A stretch of DNA of 64,000 bases from Raillietiella orientalis. Its lineage: Eukaryota. The notes below the pieces were generated by a model. That model was not told the DNA's origin and ran no database searches. It worked only from the letters and a program-made list of their open reading frames with translations. This document shows positions 1 through 12,406 of the stretch, piece by piece. The position numbers and the translations under genes were made by a program. The DNA is taken from assembly GCA_036172245.1 (NCBI GenBank), contig JAYWIR010000002.1, forward strand, positions 2,294,001 through 2,358,000. Direction: 5' to 3'. The number at the start of each line of letters is the position of its first letter. Within the stretch, counting starts at the first letter, position 1.

Positions 1-2783
1 CATCTGCTGCGTATCTCACTCCAAAGTGCAGGAGGAGACGAGGAAGAGAAAAGGAAGGGAGGAGGAGGAAGAGAGGACTGGGAAAAGATGGCATCCTCTC
101 CGAGGAGGGGCGGAATGGACGCAGCCGAGAGCACTCGTCGTCTTCAGGGAAAAGGACGCTGCGGCTGTGGCGCCACGCTTGGCGGAAGCGTGCAGAGCAC
201 CTGCTTCGAGAGAGCCTTCTGGCGCAGCTGGCGACGGGAGCCGCAGGGAAGAAGGGTGGACGAGGGAGTGGTTCCATGGAAACCGGGGGGCGCACGCAAC
301 CGTGCCGCAGATGCGGAAGATCGAGGGAGACTCGGACGAAAGGTTGACTCCCGTCCCGAGACAGAGAGGGCGCTTTCGCATCTTCCTGAGAGTGCGTTGA
401 GGGTGGCAGCGGGCTGCGGGGAGAGGGGATACTGTGCCCGTGCGGGTGCGGGTGGAGAAAAAAGGGTCGAGGACCCTGTTCCTCGTCCCGCCGCTGCGTG
501 CTCCACCGTAGCCTCCCTTCGCGCGGAGGGTCAGCGGCGAGGTTGTGGGGCGTCGCTTAGGTGGCACCTTGCTCTACTGATCGGCAAAGGGCCCAGGAGT
601 GCTCCCGCACCCTTGTTTTCCGGTCCTCGGTACTTGCGGAGAGCGACACGCGAAGCGGCGATACCCTTGCGGGCTGTCTCCGAGAGGGCAGCGTCCCTCC
701 GTGGCCGGATGCCCTCGAGGAGGGGCTGCCACTTTGCGCGTGAACTTCCCGCTGCCCATCCGTCTCGACAAAGGCAGCGGGCACCCTTTGCTGACTTGTT
801 AGGGGAGGGATGGGCGTAGCCTCTCCCCACTCACGTGTTCCCTGTCCGGCGAGCCGAGTTCCCGTTTTCCATCCCGGATGCTCCTAACTTTTCCCGATGA
901 CAGGAAAAGGGGGTAGGGGGACTAGGGAAGGAAAGGATGGAGGGACCCAGGCTCGCTCCGGATTTCCTCGACCATCCCCAGGACCGCCCGGGAAGCCGCC
1001 GCCGCCGCCAAGTCGACTCCCTCTTTGGGTGAGCTGCGTGGCCACCTGTGAGGGCCGCGTGGGGGCCCGTCAGCGCGCTCCCGAGAATCCTGCGAAGGGT
1101 CGTGTCCGCTCGGGGGTGTGCGCGCGCGCGCGAGGATGCCCCCGCCGTCCCGTTTTCCTGGTAAACCATATCTTCTCGTGGCCGATGGGGGAGAAGGGTG
1201 GGGGGCCTCTAGGGAGGGGATCCTATCCTAGTCTGCCGACGGGGAGTGCCTGACCCGGAACCTACGGCTACGCTTCTCCTGGCCACTGGCGCGTGCCGCC
1301 TTTATTCCCCCTTCTTCCTCTTTTCAATCGGACTCCTCTCTTCTGTCCCCCTTGAAGAGAAAGAGAAGAAGGAGGGGGGAGGGGAAGAAGGTAAAAAGGG
1401 AGGGAAGCAGGAGGGGAAAGGGAAAAAAAGGGGGACGACGGGAGGTGGAAAAGCAAATGACTGGTGCGGCAGGCACGTCGATGCCTATCTAAAATAGGCT
1501 GCGGTCACTGGGGGGAAGGGGAGAGAGAAAAAAAATAGCCTCGTGGCTCCCTTCTCCGGGAATCAATCCTCGGGAGTGCTCCTCAACACCGGGAGGAGGC
1601 CGTTTTTCCCCATCATCCCGGGTTGCTGGGCTGGGGATCCTCTCGAGGACGCAGCCGTCGGCTCGGCGGCTGAGCGCGTCGGGGCAGCTCGCGAGGGGGC
1701 GGAGCGGCGAACCGACGGCGCTCGGCGGGCAGCGGCAGGCCCCGGCGAGGGGAAGGGAGGGGAGCACAGGGAAGCACGAAGCACGCGCGCGCGGGACTCC
1801 GCGACCACCGTCGTCGGGCTCGGCGCGCCTCGGCGCCGACGCCCCGCGGAGCCGGCGCGACGGGACGAAACTCCTCCAGCGCTCCAGCCGCTCTCAGTGG
1901 AAGAGTCTGAGGTCGTTGCAGCCTGCTGTGACCTCGGGCCGAGGCGGGGGTGCAGAGGGACGACCCCTCCTTCCTCGCCTCAGATGGCGGAGGGTCTCTC
2001 TTCCCCGGCCCGGCAGGGTGCGAAAAATTCCCTTTTCCCAGAATTCTCTCGAGGCGAATCCGGGACACCGCTCTCGCCCTGCATCCGGGAAGATGTTGAG
2101 GCGAAGGAGCGACGGCCTCCGCACAACTGAGGAGAAGTGCCCTGGTTCCTTCCTTTCCTGCAGGGGAAACGGCAAACGCCCCCAGGCCCTCCGCGCATTC
2201 ACCCCTGCGTCAGACCCAGGAGGGTGGTTTCTGAGGGCAGCGCACGGAGCAGCAGCAAAAATAGAGAAGGGGAGGGGGGTTCCGCACGTGCCTCTGCAGC
2301 GGAGGACGGCTCAGTGCTCTTCCCACCGTCGCTGGGCTGCCGCAGTCCCCACGAGATGGATTGCGAGGAAAAGTGGATGACCTCTCAAAGGGAAGGGGTG
2401 CTCCCCCTCCTTCCTCTCGTGTCCCTCAGAAAGCCTCGCGGAAGAACCTGCCGTCCCGTTGACGAAGGGATGAGGGAGAAAAGGGGGTGAGGTCAGAGGA
2501 GGGAAGAAAACGGCGCGCGCGTGCGAACGGGGAGGAAGGCGCCAAGAGGGCCGATCGCCGGCGTAGCATTGCACGGGCATCGGGAGGGACGGTGAGCTGC
2601 CCCGCTGCAGCGGCCTCAACCGCGGAGCGAGCGAGCCCAGCTCCAGGTGATGGGGAGAGTCGGAAAGGTTGCACCACTGCATCGCGCCAAGGAGGACTGA
2701 GAGGGGACCATTCTATGAATCCAGGAATGGTTACGGAGAAGGAAGTCAGTTGCTCTCACGCCTGGGAGGAACCTCTTCCTCAT

Positions 2784-3015
2784 TCTCTCCGGAGGGACCC
2801 CCGGAGGGAGTCGCTTCCGGAATTTCTTCTCCGAAGGCAACCCGGAAAGCTCCGCTCCCTGTCTCTTCCTCCGAAGAGAACTCCTAAGGGAACCACCCCT
2901 TCCTTATTCTCTCCGGAGGGAACCCACAAGGGAAGCGCTCTTATTTGCTCCTCCAAAGAGAACCCCGGAGGGGCGCCTCCCAATCTTTTTTGAAAGGCGC
3001 TCCCCTAAGGGAGCA
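2784..3015. repeat. Degenerate ~41-bp minisatellite, about 6 units, partly palindromic
   Basis: Unit cores recur at 2787 (ctccggaggg), 2829 (ctccgaaggc), 2869 (ctccgaagag), 2911 (ctccggaggg), 2951 (ctccaaagag) and ~2990. Spacing alternates 42/40. Unit 1 contains the inverted pair ctccgg...ccggag. Confidence 0.7.
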
Positions 3016-4916
3016 GCGCGCTCCTTGCCCTCTGGAGAAGTGTTGATCCACCAGCTCCACGAAAAGCCTTCCCCCCCACGAGGGAGGAGGGGACGGTTCA
3101 ACCGCCGGGGAGCCCCGAAGGACTCCTTGATTCCTGGAAGGCACCCTGGAGGGTCGTCTCCTAATCCCGGCCACTCATCGGGGGGCATCCGGTTTGAATC
3201 GCCACCGATGCCTCACCCGAATGGAGGTTGCGACGCATAGGGATCTTAGCGTCGTTTCGCGGGAGGAGTAGAACCCGCGACGCATTCCCTGAAAGAGGAG
3301 GCCGTCGGTGGTCTGCAAGAGGCCGCGCCGTCCTGCTCCGCAAGTTGGCCGTCGGATGGGAGTCAGGCAGATCCCAGCACCGATTCACGGCCGGGCCCTG
3401 GGCGACAGCACCGTCGACGTCCTTTGGGAGGGACCCCGGCCCTTCAGCCACGTCCTCCTGGAAAGGAAGAGGAGCAACGCTTTTCCTTCCCGTGCTCCTC
3501 GACGGTGTAAGGACGGCGGCTCCGCAGCGCGCCTCGAGTGCGGGATCGGAGGACCTCAGGTACGTCGTTCCCTCCCCCACGCCAAACAAAGCACCCCGAT
3601 TTTCGAAGGAGGTGGGCGAAGAGTTGGCGGGTGCCCTTCCGCCGCTCTTTCGCTGCGTCTCTCGCGCAGCGGAGGTCGGTTGGGGTGTCCGAAGGGAAAA
3701 CGGATGGGAGGGTGCTGGAGAGTCCGGTTCACTCCCCATCTTCTTCTCCCCTTCCTAGCTGGCACACGGCTCACAGAATCCCGCGTGAACTCACGTCGGA
3801 TTACCAGTGACCGGGGGACGTCTGCGAATGCCTGAGGGGTTACCCAATCACACTCGTGGAGTGCGACGACCCGGCAGCTCCAAGGGGACCACCCTCCTCC
3901 CCGGATCCGTCCTGCACCGGAGCCGCTTCCTTCGCCTCTCCCTCGACTGGCGCGTCTCGACGGGAATGCTTTCTTGTCTGCGCGCCGGCGGCTGCCTCCT
4001 TAGAGGAGACGTCTCCGGAGGCAATTTCGGCTCTGCTTCCCTCGCTTTCCACCCCGTGGACGCGCTCTCGGTGCCCTCCGTCTGTCGGGGCTTCTTCTCG
4101 GCTGCCGACCAAGACGGGGACGGAGGCAGCGCCTCCTTCCTGTCGCTCGCTCGCACCCCTTCGTCTGCGCGGAGACATCCCCAAGGACTTCCCCTTCCGG
4201 GTACTTCTTTACGAACGGGGCTATCCCCGCGCCCACGGTGACAGGCCACGAAGTGCTCGGTCTCTTACCCTCCTTGCCCGCCGTTCTCGGGACGCACCGA
4301 CTGGGCCTTCGCGGCGTGGCGGCAGCCAAGGCTGCGTTCCTGCTGCCGTCCCACGGCTTCCAGCACCCCCCGCTGCGGCGGGCTTCCTTCCTTCCCGAAG
4401 AGTCTCTCTCTTCTTTTCCGGACTATTCTCCTGCGTCTTCTCCGCTTTCCTTTCTTTGCTTTCGGTGAGGAGGACCACGTAGCGCGCGGTTCGTCGCGGA
4501 GGACGGCCGGGACCGTCGATAGAGACAACGAGGAGGGGCAACTGAGACCGGGCAGTAGCCTCACCCTCTCGCCCTCGTCTTCCTGGAAAGGAGACGGCGG
4601 GCGAGGAGGTACGCCAGAGTGGCGGGTGAGGAGGCGGAGTGGCAGCACAGAACCCTTCGAAGAGAATCGTCCCTTCCCTTCTAGCTGAGGAAGCTTGAAG
4701 ACGCTCTCGGGGTGTCCTTTCACCCGAAGTCGAGACCCAGATCTCGGCGGAACTGGAGCCCTCCCAATGCACTCCCCACCTCTGGAGGAGTTTGGATTTG
4801 CGCTGGTGGCTACCGACGACGGATTCTTGCCAACCCTTGAGAGTCCAGCGGCAGGAGTCGGCAGCCAGGGAGGCGCGCAGGCCGTCCGACGTCGGGCGCG
4901 CGCTCCGACTCGCAAA

Positions 4917-5073
4917 GGGGGGAGGCATCGCGGTTAACCAGGCAATGGAAACCCCACAGTCCGGAGTTTCGCCGTATCCCCCTCTCCCCCTCCCACCAGC
5001 AGCGTGAGTCTCCCCGGACCCGAAAGCGACCTTTCCTCTCCGGAGGGAAGCGCGCGGGACTTCCGCTCCTTCC
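4917..5073 (+). repeat. Dispersed ~150-bp repeat, copy 1 (diverged direct copy at 7636-7785)
   Basis: Shared blocks ggggaggcatc, taaccaggcaa, gagtttcgccg, agcgacctttcc and ccgctccttcc occur in the same order and spacing in both copies. Confidence 0.8.
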
Positions 5074-7635
5074 TGCGGGCACGGAAGCCACGCGAGCGTG
5101 CGGAACGTGAATTTCATCCGCTCGGGGTCTCGTAAGGCGCTGCGGCGACGCGCGACCGACCCTGAGAGTTCGTGTGGGGACCTTGCCGATATCCGGTAGC
5201 GTGATCCCCCCCCCAATGGCGTTTGCATCGCGATATCAGTCTTCTCGCCGCACCGCTTTAAGGACTTCCATCCCCCTTTTGAGGGGGGGGGGGGGTCCTT
5301 CGCGCTCGCATCCACATCCGCAGCTGCACCCTCCCTTTACGGGAGCGCATCTTCCCCACCTCCTCGGCGTTCCGTGCTCGCACCTGCTGCTCGAGATTCT
5401 CTTCCTTCCAAAACGAGAGGGAGGAAAAGAAGAATTTTTTTTTTCCCGGGGATTTCAGCCTTTCTGGAACCTGGATGAGGGTTCTTTCGCGCTCGCGAGG
5501 AACATCCAGGGAATTAATTAGGCCCTCTCGTTCGTGATGTGCACAGTCGAAACCCACGTAACGCGGAAGATGCACGCTCCGCGCTATACGAGCCCTGTTC
5601 GTTATGCACGGATACCGCAGCAGAAACCGCTTATTTACAACGTGAAAATAGCAAAAAATAAAAAAATAAAAATAAGTCGGCCTACTTGAATGATCGTATT
5701 CCTTTCGGAACCAGCTGACCTGACCACCAACTTCGGGCTGCTCACCGCGTTGTGCGGGCTACTTTACCGCGTTATACGAGGACAGCCGTTACGATGCCTG
5801 CTACGTCACCACGTATGCATTGCCTAGGGTTGAGGCTACCCCACTCGTGCCTCGAACCTGATTTCCGGCCTAATCCCCATCTCAGATAACAACAGCCCGG
5901 TAAATTGCCTGGAATTGGCTCCTCGGAAACTTGGGCTGATGGCCTTAAACCACACCAGAGTGGAGAAGGTTCATGCGAAACCTCCCTCTGATATTAATGG
6001 AGTGAAGAAACCACATAGGGATACCTGCTCGCTCTCCCACTTGGGAGCGAGGGACGGCTTTCGATCCGAGGACTTGACAATCCGAGAGAGACACGCCGCC
6101 GTTCCCATTCCGTCCACGGACGCTCGAGTTGGCGTGTTTACCATTACCAGTTAACCGTTTCACCCTTCGCCTCCGCACTTCCACCCACTCCCTCTTCCGG
6201 GATTACGAGATTCTCGGAAACAAGGGCGGAAAGGGGGTTCCCATAATCTCGGGAAGCCCAGTGACGCCCGCCCTCGATTATTTCCGCTGGAGACACCTCA
6301 AAAGTCGAAGTGCACTTCCACGGTTTCATTAAACGTCTACACGTGTTCTTGTTTGTCTGCTGCCTTGCCCTCGAGTTTACCAGATTTGACGAGAACCCGA
6401 ATCTGCGTTGCTTCCAGCCTCCCCCCCGTCCCTCCCCCCCCCTCATTTCCTCCTCCTCACCACCGCTTGTTTTTTTCTTTTTTTTTTTTGACGATGGACT
6501 CATCAAGAATTAAAACTTGGCCTCGAGAACGCACGTGTTGATGCTTGTCGACAATCACGTGACGAGCAATGATAGGGGTAAGGAAAAAGCTCAATGCGGA
6601 AGAAAACAAAAAGGTACCGAGCAAACAGCATGGGAGGCGAAATTCACATGGAGAAGGAGCAGGATTCCAATGCGTAATGCGGAAAAAGGACAGCACAACG
6701 CAAACATTTGACATGAACGATAAAACACTGTGTGAGCGGGAGGTAATCAGCATTCGAAACACGCGTTGTTTCCGCATCAACAGACTTGGATTTATTGCCT
6801 GCTTCTTCGCGCCACGCGCAGACGTCTGCGAGGCGCGCACTCGCAGAAGTGCCGGGAACGTGTGCTCCGCACGCGTAAGTGCGTACCTTTTTTTCTTCTT
6901 TTTTTTTTTTTTTTTTTCACTCGCTCGCCTACGTGCCAGCTGTTTGATCAACGGCAATGAAGACGATTAAACAATTAAAGTGGGGTGACAATAAAGCAAT
7001 TGACCCCCCATTCATCGCCGTTCGAGTTTCGGCGTTTCCTCGCCGACGCATCACTGCGGGTTTCGCGCGTGCTGCAGGGCGTGAGCCGCGCTGGGAGTCC
7101 TCTCGCCGCCGACCTCCCAGCGGTGGGGAAAGCGACTCCCCTTCGATGACGGCCCACCGGCCTTCACGCCCGTGTTCGGCGCTACCCTCTTTCTTCGGCC
7201 CTCCCGCCGCTCATCCCCTTTCACGAGTCACCCCCGCCAGAGGGCTCTGCGCTCACTGCCGGCCGCTCGGGGATGGCGGAGGCGGCAGAGCGCGAGCGAC
7301 GAGCCTTCCTTGGGACGACCCCCGGATCGGCAAGGGCCGGCCGGAAGAAGGGAAGCAGCTCTTTCGGAGGCGACGGAGCCAGGCAGTGGCGGCTGTCAGT
7401 TCTTCGTTCCCCCCCCTGATCTGGGATCGCCCTTCGCCCCCGCACTGGCTGCGAACGGCCCCGCGGCGCGCGCGCGCTGAGACAGGGGAGGAGAATGGAA
7501 GGGGTTCCTCCCGCGTCCCTGGAAAAAGCCGGGCGCTTCGGGTGCCGTTACTGGGCCGTTCCTCCTGTGACCTCCGTCTGCGGATCGGCGGTCAGCGTGG
7601 AGTCCTCTGGCGCCAACGAGCGCTCACCCCGACCC

Positions 7636-7785
7636 GGGGGAGGCATCACGGGTAACCAGGCAACGGGGACCCACGTTTCGAGTTTCGCCGCATCTCTCTC
7701 CTCCTTTCCCTCCAACAGGAGTCTCCTCGACCCGGAAGCGACCTTTCCCTCCCGGAGGGAAGCGAACGGGACTCCCGCTCCTTCC
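7636..7785 (+). repeat. Dispersed ~150-bp repeat, copy 2
   Basis: Collinear similarity to 4917-5073. Confidence 0.8.
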
Positions 7786-10700
7786 GGCGAGGGGAGTAGC
7801 GATTTGAGGTGGTGGGGCTGTTCAAACCGACCTCTTCCTGCGCCGCTTTCCGGCGGGTGGCGCTAAGGAACGCGCTTACGCGGGAGGCGCGCGCGCTTCC
7901 TTGGGACTGGGTGGAGGGAGGGATCCGGGAGGGAGGGGGGAGTCGCACGAGCTCTGGGGTCGTCCCCCAGCCCAGTCTGCGACGGATGGGGCAGAGGCAG
8001 CAGCAGCCCATCGCCGCCAGTGAAGCTCACCAGACAAGGTGGGCGGGCAGGGGAGGACTGCGTTCCCTTGGAAACGGAGCACTCGGTCGCTCTCCGCTCG
8101 AGGCCTCCGCTTCCACTCCGGAGAGGAGCGGAGGGACTCCGCCGAGGCGGAATCGGCGCCCGCGACCTCTTCCTGCCGAGGAGAGGACCGCGTTTCTGGG
8201 GAAGCCGAGGACGATTCCCCTAGTACCCGCCTCTCGATCCCTCCTGGCCGCGAGGCAGCGCTCCTTTTCCCTGCTTCAGCCGGGAGAGAGGAGTGTACGC
8301 CTTTTCCTTCCACCTCCCTTTCGCGCGGGTCCATCCCAGGGCCCAGCCTCCAGGTGGGCGGCGACGTTCCTCGGCTGCCCAGAGGCGGCTCGATCGTCCG
8401 CCTGCCTGGAGCGGGGGGCCGCGCCCCGGGCAGGGTGGGTCCGGTGAGAGGGAGAGGAGGAAGAGGTCCCTCCTGAGGGAGTAGTCGCACGTGAGGCCCA
8501 TGGGGTGGACGGCTTCCTGCTCCTCTCGAAGGCTTTCCTCGTCTCCTCTCTGACCCCTTCCCTTCCCTACACGTTCCCTCCCCGCTCCCAGAATAGTCCC
8601 GGGCGGCGACTGAGCCCGGGGAGAACCTCCTTCACGGAAAGAAAGCCCGCCCGTACCGGACCTTCCCGAGATGCCGTGAGGGGTGAGGGAAGGTCGGGAG
8701 AAGGGTCTGGGTTGGTCGGTTTACTCCCCTCTCCCCTTTCCTCCCCGACCCACTGCTCCTCCTGGTGAGCGCCATCTCAGCGTCACAGGTTGGCCCCGAT
8801 CCGCGGACGCTCCGAGAAATGCTGAGTCGCTGGAGGAAGGGAGCTGGGGAGGGGGAGAAACCGGTACGCCTTCCCTCGCCCGAGGCCTGTCCCTCGGCGA
8901 GAAGCATCGGAGCCCGGAGGGGTCCGCCCCTCCTCCGAAAACACGGGCGATGCCCCGTGGCGGCAGCGCCGGCGGGACGCGGGGAGGGAGATGCCGTCTT
9001 CCCCTTCCCTCACCCTCCGGCGGGAGAGCCGGGGGAGGCGAACCGGAAGGGGGAACGGGAAGAGAAGGGAGCGGGGGGGGGGGGGAGAGAAGCGGCGGCG
9101 CGGCGGCCACCTGTGGCTCCTCCTCTGTTGCCAGTCCTGCGGGATTCGCGTCGCCAGCCCGCCCCTTCCCGAGACTGCTTTCCTGCCGTTTCCCGGAAAT
9201 TCTCCTCCTGCCCTCCCCTTCCCTATTCCCAGCCCCGGGCACACTCTCGAAGTTCCCTCACGTGCGTCCTCGGTTTTCCCCTTCCGACGACGAGCCTTCC
9301 CGGCGAGCCGCCCTGTCTCCCGGGAGCACGCTCCCGATAACCGTTCGGGAGACGTTAGGTAGGGGGGGGGGAAGAGAAGAGGGGTGGGGGAAAAGGAGGA
9401 ACGAGGAGCGGAGGAGAGGGAACGCTCTCCCTGCCGGAAGAGCGGATTCCAAATCGGGAGCAGCGTGGCTCCCAGATCCATTCCCTCCCGTGCGGCAGCT
9501 CCTTCCCTCCGTCGATCGATCGATCCCCCTCCTTGGAGGGAGACGCAGGGGGGGAGGGGAGGGGGGAGGAGAGGGGGAGGAGAGGAAGCTTGGCGCGCGG
9601 CCTCCTCCCCAGTGAGAAGCACCTTCTTCCCGTCATCGCGCTGACCGGGAAGCTCGCAGGGCGCGCGCGACACGAGGTGAGTGCTCCTTCCCTCACCTCC
9701 CGGATCCTCACTCGCAGGCGACCCTTCCCCTCAGCGCGTAGAAGAGAGGATGGGACGGGAACGCTCGCGCGCTCGCGTATGCCCCTTAGGGGGAGAAGGG
9801 AGGGAGGATGCCAGCATGGCCGGGAGCGTGCTCCGTAGGCTGCCATGCCGCCGACCGGCCTCTCCTCCCTTGGGACCTCTTTCGGGACCCCTCGCCTCTT
9901 TCCGTCCGGGTTGCCTCGTGGGGACCCGCCCAGCCGTGCCGACCGCTCCTGCGGTCTCCTGTCCTCCCACCCCCTCCTCCTCCAGCCGCCGAGTCCACGG
10001 AGTGCTCCTCCTGGAGCACGGCTTGCCCGGGGAGAATCGGGAAGCGCGTACTCACCGTCCTGTTCCTCCTTGAGGAGGAGGAGGAGGCGAGGAAGGAGGG
10101 GGAGGGGGAGAGCTCTCAGGATCAGTCTTGGAGAGGGGGAAGAACTCGTTCCCGATTCCTCCTCCTCTTCCCCCTCATACCCTTCTCCCCTCCCTTATTC
10201 CTGCAAACGAAGTGGGGGATGAGGGCGGAGGCGGTGTCTAGGCGGAAGGTCAGCGATGCTGTCGCCTTCCAGAGCGGCTAAGAGGCTGGCGGGATGCCCA
10301 TCCTCCTCAAAAAGCTCCCCGTCCTCCCAGCGGTTCCTCTTGCTTTCCTGGAGGATCTCGGGAGGAAATGGTTCCCGAGTGTTCCCCTTCTTCCCTCCCC
10401 TCCCTTTCCGACGCTCCGTCGGCAGCGGGATGTTGCGTTTTGCTCCCCCCCCCTTCCACTTCGAGGGCGCGACGTTTCCGGGGCCCCTCTTTCCTCTCCC
10501 GCCCCCTCCTCTCCCTTCCCCCTCCCTTTCGCGAGCTATCCAGTTCTGGAGAAAGCCGCGGGAGGGGACGCCGCTCCCTTCCATCGCTGTGTCCCGTTAC
10601 TCCGCCTTGCCGATAACAAGCGGCCCGCCGTCGTCCCGGAAACACCCCGCCTCGCTCCTTCCCGGATCCACCTCCGCTGACCGGGAGCGACGAAAGGGGA

Positions 10701-12370
10701 TGCCCCTTTTTCGTAGGCAGGTCCCGTGCGGGCAGCGCGAGCGGTCCGAAAAGGGCAAGCGGACGTCCATCACCCCCTCTCCCCCGCCTTCCTCGAGATC
10801 TGGGAACGACCGGCTTTCTGAGGAGTGAGACGGGAAGGTTGGGGGAGGCAGGGAACTGCTTAATAAGTTATGAGGGCGATCAATCCAGGGGTGGCCTGCC
10901 TTCCGTTTCTTATTCGGAATACCCCGGGAGCGCCTTCGCATTCCTCTCCTTCCCTCTCCTCTATCCTTCCCCAAGGAAGGAAGGAAGGAAGGGAGGGGCG
11001 GCGGAGGGGAATCCCGTCGCTTATCCGCAGGCGAGGAGGGGGAGGAATTCGGCTTTCCCTGAAAGCTTCCCCTGCACTTCCAGACGTCAGGGTTCCACCG
11101 CACCCCCTGGAAGAGGGGTGGCTGGGGGTGGAGGGAGAAGAGAAGAGGATGCTGCTTGTGGCTTTCCGGAAAAGGTTGGAGAATAGGGGTGGAGGCGGGG
11201 GAAGTGTCTGGATACCCTCCTCTCTCCCCCTTCGGCGTTGCTCCTGCCCAAGGAAGGAAGGAAGGAGGGGATATCTCCGCTGTTGCCTGGAGACGGTAGG
11301 CGACCGGGAGCCGGGAGCCGCTGCAGCCGGCAGCGAGGCGTCAGCCGCGGCGGTCCTCCCCCCTCCTTCCCCCCTTTTCTCTCCGAGAAGGCCTCCAGAG
11401 ACATGCCGACCCTTCCACTCCTTCCCGTCTCCAAGGCAACGGAACCGAACGAGGCGCGTCCAATCACGGCATGCGAGCGTTCGTGCGGAGCATCCTGGCA
11501 TCCCCTCTGGTGGACCGCCTCTCCGCGCGGTCGGAGTGGGTGCAAAGAGAGGGACTGGGGGGGGGGAGAGGAGGGAGCAGACAGGAGGCAGAGAAGGAGC
11601 GTTCTCCTCCTTCCGCCGTGGGGGGCGCCTGGAAGTTTCCATCCCCTACCCCACGACTCAGCGGCTTTGCCTAGCCCCCTCTTGACCCCCTCGCAGGGGA
11701 GGAAGAAACTCCCATCCATCCAGATCCGCCCCCGAGAAGGGGAAGTATCCCCCTCTCTCCAGCTCTGGATGGGGGAGAGGAAGAGGGTCAGAAGGGAAAG
11801 CCGTGTCCGCGGGCACGCCCCTGCGAGAAAAAGGAGGGACACACAGAGAAGAACGAGGGAGAAGGGAAGATGTCCCCCAGGACTCCCCTCTCCTCGTCCG
11901 TTTCTAGGAAAGACGCCGTCCGCGCCTCAGGATGGCAGCTCCCTCTCTCGCCTTCTTCCCTGCTCCAGAGAATACGGAGAGAGGCTGCCCTGGGGAAGGT
12001 TTTTTCCCGGAGTTGGGACGGGTGCGTGGCGAAGGCGTCCGAAAGAAGGGGGGTAGGGTAGGGGCAGGGTAAGGTACTTTCTCCCGTCTCCTCCCCCCTT
12101 TTCTCCCCTTCCACTTCCTCGACCCACGACGTCCTCTTCTCCCTCGCCGAACTCGAGCAGGCCCCACATGCCTAGGAGAGGGAAGGGAACCCCAAACGTG
12201 TCGAGAGGCAGGGAAGGGGAGAGGAGGATGGCTGCGCCTCCTCGGATGTCCCAGCTCCCGGGAGGGGGAAGAGGAAGGCGAAGAAGAGGCTCTCGGGACA
12301 CTCCTGCTCTTCCCAAAGGTCTCGCTTCCGGGATCAAGAACCCTCACGCTCCTCCTCCTTCCCCCCCCCC

Positions 12371-12373
<3 letters not shown>

Positions 12374-12404
<31 letters not shown>
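12374..12404. repeat. (CA)n microsatellite, about 15 units
   Basis: Directly visible. Confidence 0.95.

Positions 12405-12406
<2 letters not shown>

Noticed and set aside
2784..3015. CRISPR-like appearance of regularly spaced palindromic units
   Set aside because: The units are degenerate along their whole length, with no invariant repeat plus unique spacer. There are no cas genes, and the context is eukaryotic.
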